From Sideroxydans lithotrophicus (lineage in GTDB: Bacteria > Pseudomonadota > Gammaproteobacteria > Burkholderiales > Gallionellaceae): a stretch of DNA of 64,000 nt. Where the stretch lies: the NCBI GenBank assembly GCA_020723185.1, contig DYJI01000007.1, positions 59,003 to 123,002 of the forward strand. The letters are read 5' to 3'. Below the pieces are notes generated by a model. That model did not search any database. It was not told where the DNA came from and saw only the letters and a program-made list of their open reading frames with translations. Made by a program: the position numbers and the translations under genes. Shown here piece by piece: positions 60,375 to 64,000 of this stretch; within the stretch, counting starts at the first letter, position 1; each line of letters starts with the position of its first letter.

Positions 60375-62963
60375 GTGTCTTTCGTCAAAACACTCAAAGA
60401 GATCTTTCTTCACGAAAGATACGGCCGGCCGGATGCGATACCGTTGAATTTGATTCAGCAGTTCGCCTGTTTCCCGAAGCTTACTGGAATCCTTCCATAC
60501 TACGGCTGGCTGGAGAACGAGCGCATGTTCATTCTGGACCAAGGTGGTTTTGGCGAGAAAGAGCAGTTCTCCATTGGATTCTCCATCGAGATTGATCCTC
60601 AGACCGGCGCGACGGACGAGATGGAGAAGATCCTGACAGGACTCTTTGACTCCTGCATGCCTGACGCCGGCATTCAGATATCGCTCTACGCCTCGCCAGA
60701 CATTCGGCCAATGCTTGAGCGGCAGGCCGCTACGGTCAAAGTTGCAGAGCTGGCCGAGATAGCAAGCCGCCGCAGCAAGTTCTATATGGGTGGTACAGCA
60801 AAATCCCTTTTCAATAACCGCACCTACCTGTTGCGTAACTACAGGTGCGTGGTGTCCGTTGCCTTGCCTCTATCCCCATTCGAGCAGGGAGATATTGAAA
60901 GCGCAATCAGGGTGCGGGAGAGCATCCACGCAACCCTGCGATCCGCTTACCTCGGGGGATTTGACTGGACGCCCGACCACCTGCTTGAGTTCGTAGGTGA
61001 CTTCTTCGATCACGAGCGCGTGTTCGCGCCGGAGAAGCGAGGGGAGTTGGACGTTAGCTACAACCCTGAACGGATACTCCGAGAGCAACTGTCGAACCGG
61101 GAGATTGCATCTTGTTTGAGCGATGAGGGGATTCGTTTCAGCAAGAGCGGCAGCAATGAAACCGTCATGCAATTGTTCTCAGTCAAGAATTACCCAAAGT
61201 ATTGCCGGCTCAGCCACATGGGAAGCCTGATCGGTGACCAATACCAGGCGGCTCTGTCGATGCCATGCCCGTTCCTTATCACCATGGGGGCGATTGTTCA
61301 GGACCATGAGTCAGCCCGAACATATGCCCAGATCAAGTCTGCACGTGCCACGCAAAGCGCTTCGTCGTACATGGCGCACTTCCAGCCTGAGTTGCACGAC
61401 AAGAAGCGCGACTGGGGCGTGGTGGTCAATGCCTTCGATAACGGCAAGGGCACGGTACGGCTCTATCACCAATTGCTGTTGCTCACCACCAAAGAGGATG
61501 CCTCTCGTGCAGAGTATGCGGCTCGATCTGTTTGGAGGGCGCGAGGCTTCGATCTGGCGCGAGACTATTACTTGCAACACCAAGCGTTTGCCGCATCAAT
61601 GCCCATGACGCTAGGCAGGCCACTGCAAGCCGACCTGAAAGCGTTTGGAAGGGCTTATACCAAGACTCTCGACAATGCCGTGATGACTTCCCCGCTGATC
61701 GGCGAATGGAAGGGCACAAAGAATCCTCTGATCACCCTGTTTGGTCGACGCGGCCAGCCGATGGGGTTTGACCTCTTTGACAACACTGGCGGCAACTACA
61801 ACTTTGCCGTTGCCGCTTTGTCTGGCTCGGGTAAATCCGTGTTCGTGAACGAAATGGCCTACCGGTACCGCGCCGCCAATACCAAGGTGTGGATCATCGA
61901 CGTGGGTCGCTCATACAAGAATCTGTGTGAGCTGATGGACGGTGAGTTCATCGAGTTCGCCGATGAGCGTCAGAATTCGCTCTGCCTCAACCCATTCTCC
62001 ATGGTGCAGGACATCAACAACGACATGGAGATGTTGCTTCCCCTGCTCGCAGAAATGGCCAGCCCACGTGAACCACTGAACAACTACTGCTACTCGGCGC
62101 TGGCCAGTGCGATCAAGCAAGTGTGGGAAGTCAGCGGCTCAGAATCAACCATCACGAGCATCTACGACTTGCTCCGAACCGGAAAGCTAAACGAGGATTC
62201 CGAAAGGGAGCAGGAGCTCACAAAGATGGCAATCGCCCTTGAGCCATTCACCAAGTATGGCGCTTACGCCAGCTACTTTGAGGGGGAGGCCAATATCCAG
62301 TTCACAAAGGACTTCGTGGTTCTTGAGCTGGAAGAGTTGAAGAGCAAGAAAGACCTTCAGGCCGTGGTGATGCAAATCATCATGTACCGCATCACCCAGG
62401 AAATGTACCTCGACCGCTCGCGCCGAAAGATCGTGATCATCGACGAAGCATGGGATCTGATGGGTAGCGGTAGCAGCGGGCACTTTATTGAGGCTGGATA
62501 TCGACGTGCGCGGAAGTACGGCGGTGCATTCGGCACGATCACGCAGTCCATCGAGGACTACTACAAGTCCGAATCGACCAAGGCCGCTATCAACAATGCC
62601 GACTGGCTGTTCCTGCTACGCCAGAAGCCGGAGAACATCGACCGGCTGGGGAAGGAGGGCAAGCTCACGATTGATGAATGGATGAAGCGCCAACTGTCAT
62701 CAATCACCACAGACCACGGCAATTACTCTGAGATCTTCGTGCATAGCCCGATGGGCTCCGGAATCGGCCGACTCATACTCGATCCATATTCGATGATGCT
62801 GTTCTCGACGCATGCGGACGACTTCGAGCGGATCAAGACAATGCGACAGAAGCACGGCATGACCGCCAACCAGGCGATTGCAAAACTGCTGGGAGAGGAG
62901 AAGAAAAGGACTGTCCACCGTCGCAGGGCATCCGATCTTGCTGTTTATAACGAAACCAACTGA
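60375..62963 (+). CDS. traC: VirB4-like ATPase TraC
   Basis: Walker A ALSGSGKS, IIDVGRSY, IDEAWDL, RRARKYGG. Confidence 0.95.
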   Translation: MSFVKTLKEIFLHERYGRPDAIPLNLIQQFACFPKLTGILPYYGWLENERMFILDQGGFGEKEQFSIGFSIEIDPQTGATDEMEKILTGLFDSCMPDAGIQISLYASPDIRPMLERQAATVKVAELAEIASRRSKFYMGGTAKSLFNNRTYLLRNYRCVVSVALPLSPFEQGDIESAIRVRESIHATLRSAYLGGFDWTPDHLLEFVGDFFDHERVFAPEKRGELDVSYNPERILREQLSNREIASCLSDEGIRFSKSGSNETVMQLFSVKNYPKYCRLSHMGSLIGDQYQAALSMPCPFLITMGAIVQDHESARTYAQIKSARATQSASSYMAHFQPELHDKKRDWGVVVNAFDNGKGTVRLYHQLLLLTTKEDASRAEYAARSVWRARGFDLARDYYLQHQAFAASMPMTLGRPLQADLKAFGRAYTKTLDNAVMTSPLIGEWKGTKNPLITLFGRRGQPMGFDLFDNTGGNYNFAVAALSGSGKSVFVNEMAYRYRAANTKVWIIDVGRSYKNLCELMDGEFIEFADERQNSLCLNPFSMVQDINNDMEMLLPLLAEMASPREPLNNYCYSALASAIKQVWEVSGSESTITSIYDLLRTGKLNEDSEREQELTKMAIALEPFTKYGAYASYFEGEANIQFTKDFVVLELEELKSKKDLQAVVMQIIMYRITQEMYLDRSRRKIVIIDEAWDLMGSGSSGHFIEAGYRRARKYGGAFGTITQSIEDYYKSESTKAAINNADWLFLLRQKPENIDRLGKEGKLTIDEWMKRQLSSITTDHGNYSEIFVHSPMGSGIGRLILDPYSMMLFSTHADDFERIKTMRQKHGMTANQAIAKLLGEEKKRTVHRRRASDLAVYNETN

Positions 62964-62975
62964 ATGGAGCCTGCT

Positions 62976-63179
62976 ATGAGCACAAATAAATCAAACTTGA
63001 AGCGCAAGGTGGTGCAGAACATCGTCCAGCGGTGCAAGGCAGAAGGAAAGCGAGCTAAGGAGATCGCAGCTGAACTGAAGGTCGCGGGCTACAAGGTATT
63101 CGTCGCCTCCTTCTGTTTTTGCGAAGAGATTGCATTTTTCGACACGACGCACGGTCTGCAGATCCGTGTTGTCGCCTGA
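62976..63179 (+). CDS. Small hypothetical protein after traC
   Basis: GGAG RBS; fills the traC-trbI gap. Confidence 0.5.
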   Translation: MSTNKSNLKRKVVQNIVQRCKAEGKRAKEIAAELKVAGYKVFVASFCFCEEIAFFDTTHGLQIRVVA

Positions 63180-63191
63180 TAAGGAATAGAA

Positions 63192-63557
63192 ATGTCAGTG
63201 TTTGCACATATAACCACGGGAGCCATCGCCGCTTCGCTTGCAATCGCCTCGATCGCTGGATGGCTCCATTTCCATCCATCGGGCCCAGTCGCTAAGGTGG
63301 ACATCATTGGGATTGTCACTGCGCAGCAAAAAAGCTTGGCCGCAAAGCTCAAGCCCGGCATGGATGAAAAGGCGCAATCTGAACTGATCAATCAAGCCTC
63401 CCGCTTTGGGAAACAACTCGATTCGGCACTTGCACAGGTCGCTGACGAGTGCCGATGCACACTCCTTAACTCTGCAGCCGTTGTCAGGGATGCTCCATCG
63501 GGGGCATTGCGAGACTACACGCAGCGGGTTGCTGAACTAGCTCAGGACAATAAGTAA
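63192..63557 (+). CDS. trbI: F-type TrbI-like protein
   Basis: N-terminal TM, VAKVDI..., LLNSAAVV..AP...DYT pattern of F-plasmid TrbI. Confidence 0.65.
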   Translation: MSVFAHITTGAIAASLAIASIAGWLHFHPSGPVAKVDIIGIVTAQQKSLAAKLKPGMDEKAQSELINQASRFGKQLDSALAQVADECRCTLLNSAAVVRDAPSGALRDYTQRVAELAQDNK

Positions 63558-63559
63558 TC

Positions 63560-64000
63560 ATGAGTTTTGCACGATCCTTGATGTGCATCTTCCTTGCGGC
63601 AACATTGCCGGCGGCAGCGCATGCTGTCGAGGGAAGGGATTACCCTTCGAGCATCGGATACTCATCCGAATGGAAGTGCACTGGGCAAGGGAAGTTCAGC
63701 TGGTACTGCGACGAAGAACCGGAAGTGGATGCCAGTTCACCTCAAGCACCATCGAGGAAGGCTGAGACGCGCGAAGAAATCGCAGTCAGGGAGCTAAAGC
63801 AAATCCGAAAGGATCTTGATGCAAAGCGCGCCCTTGCGGTAGTGCATCCAACCCCGGAAAACATTAAAGCCTATATGGCTGCACAACAAGTCGAGATCGA
63901 GCGCGCAGCCTACTTTGCGGACGTGTGGCGCCGGGTGCTGTGGCAGAACGCCGAGCTGAATCTCGGGGTTAAAAACCCGATGAACAATTCAGCTATCAAG
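63560..64000 (+). CDS. traF: F-type TraF (3'-partial; absent from the ORF track)
   Basis: Manual translation: signal peptide, FSWYCDEE, PTPENIKAYMAAQ...AAYFADVWRRVLWQNAEL; open to the window end. Confidence 0.8.
   Translation, partial: MSFARSLMCIFLAATLPAAAHAVEGRDYPSSIGYSSEWKCTGQGKFSWYCDEEPEVDASSPQAPSRKAETREEIAVRELKQIRKDLDAKRALAVVHPTPENIKAYMAAQQVEIERAAYFADVWRRVLWQNAELNLGVKNPMNNSAIK

Larger units (their letters stand above)
49750..64000. mobile_element. Integrative conjugative element (left part; continues beyond the window)
   Basis: Interrupted host gene, Int/Xis, repressor/Cro pair, replication initiator, FlhDC-like pair and F-type tra genes; visibly more A/T-ending codons than the flanking core genes. 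Confidence 0.9.

Noticed and set aside
63594-63797. 67-aa ORF listed in the track
   Set aside because: Out-of-frame overlap with the TraF reading frame that starts at 63560 and runs off the window.

Overview
Betaproteobacterial chromosome; gene content and order suggest a Gallionellaceae/Sideroxydans-like lithotroph (inference, not verified). (1) 1-11.9 kb: sulfur-oxidation cluster with soeABC, SulP and SLC13/TrkA-C anion transporters, an orphan soxYZ with a shortened GGC-stop arm, fccAB, tusA-dsrE2 and a FadL-type outer-membrane channel. (2) 12-49.7 kb: mostly core genes (typA, rmuC, nadE, glnB, trxB, mltB, apbC-surE-pcm-nlpD, rpsB-tsf-pyrH-frr-uppS-cdsA-dxr-rseP-bamA-skp-lpxD-fabZ-lpxA-lpxB-rnhB, uvrB). 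A Fur-boxed porin/FMN-protein/cytochrome-b-like cassette plus a fur gene sits between nadE and glnB. (3) 49.75 kb to the window end: left part of an integrative conjugative element inserted into the active-site codons of a low-molecular-weight protein-tyrosine phosphatase gene. It carries a lambda-type Int/Xis, a cI/cro-like switch with five visible 16-bp operators shared by two near-identical promoters, and a P1-C4/P4-CI-like antisense RNA with its own promoter, target and terminator. It also has a phage-type replication initiator with intragenic 12-bp iteron-like repeats, FlhDC-like activators and an F-type T4SS ordered like the gonococcal genetic island. This phage-logic ICE and its antisense-RNA layer are the most novel content. 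No tRNA, rRNA or CRISPR array was seen. All family assignments come from motif recognition; no database searches were run.
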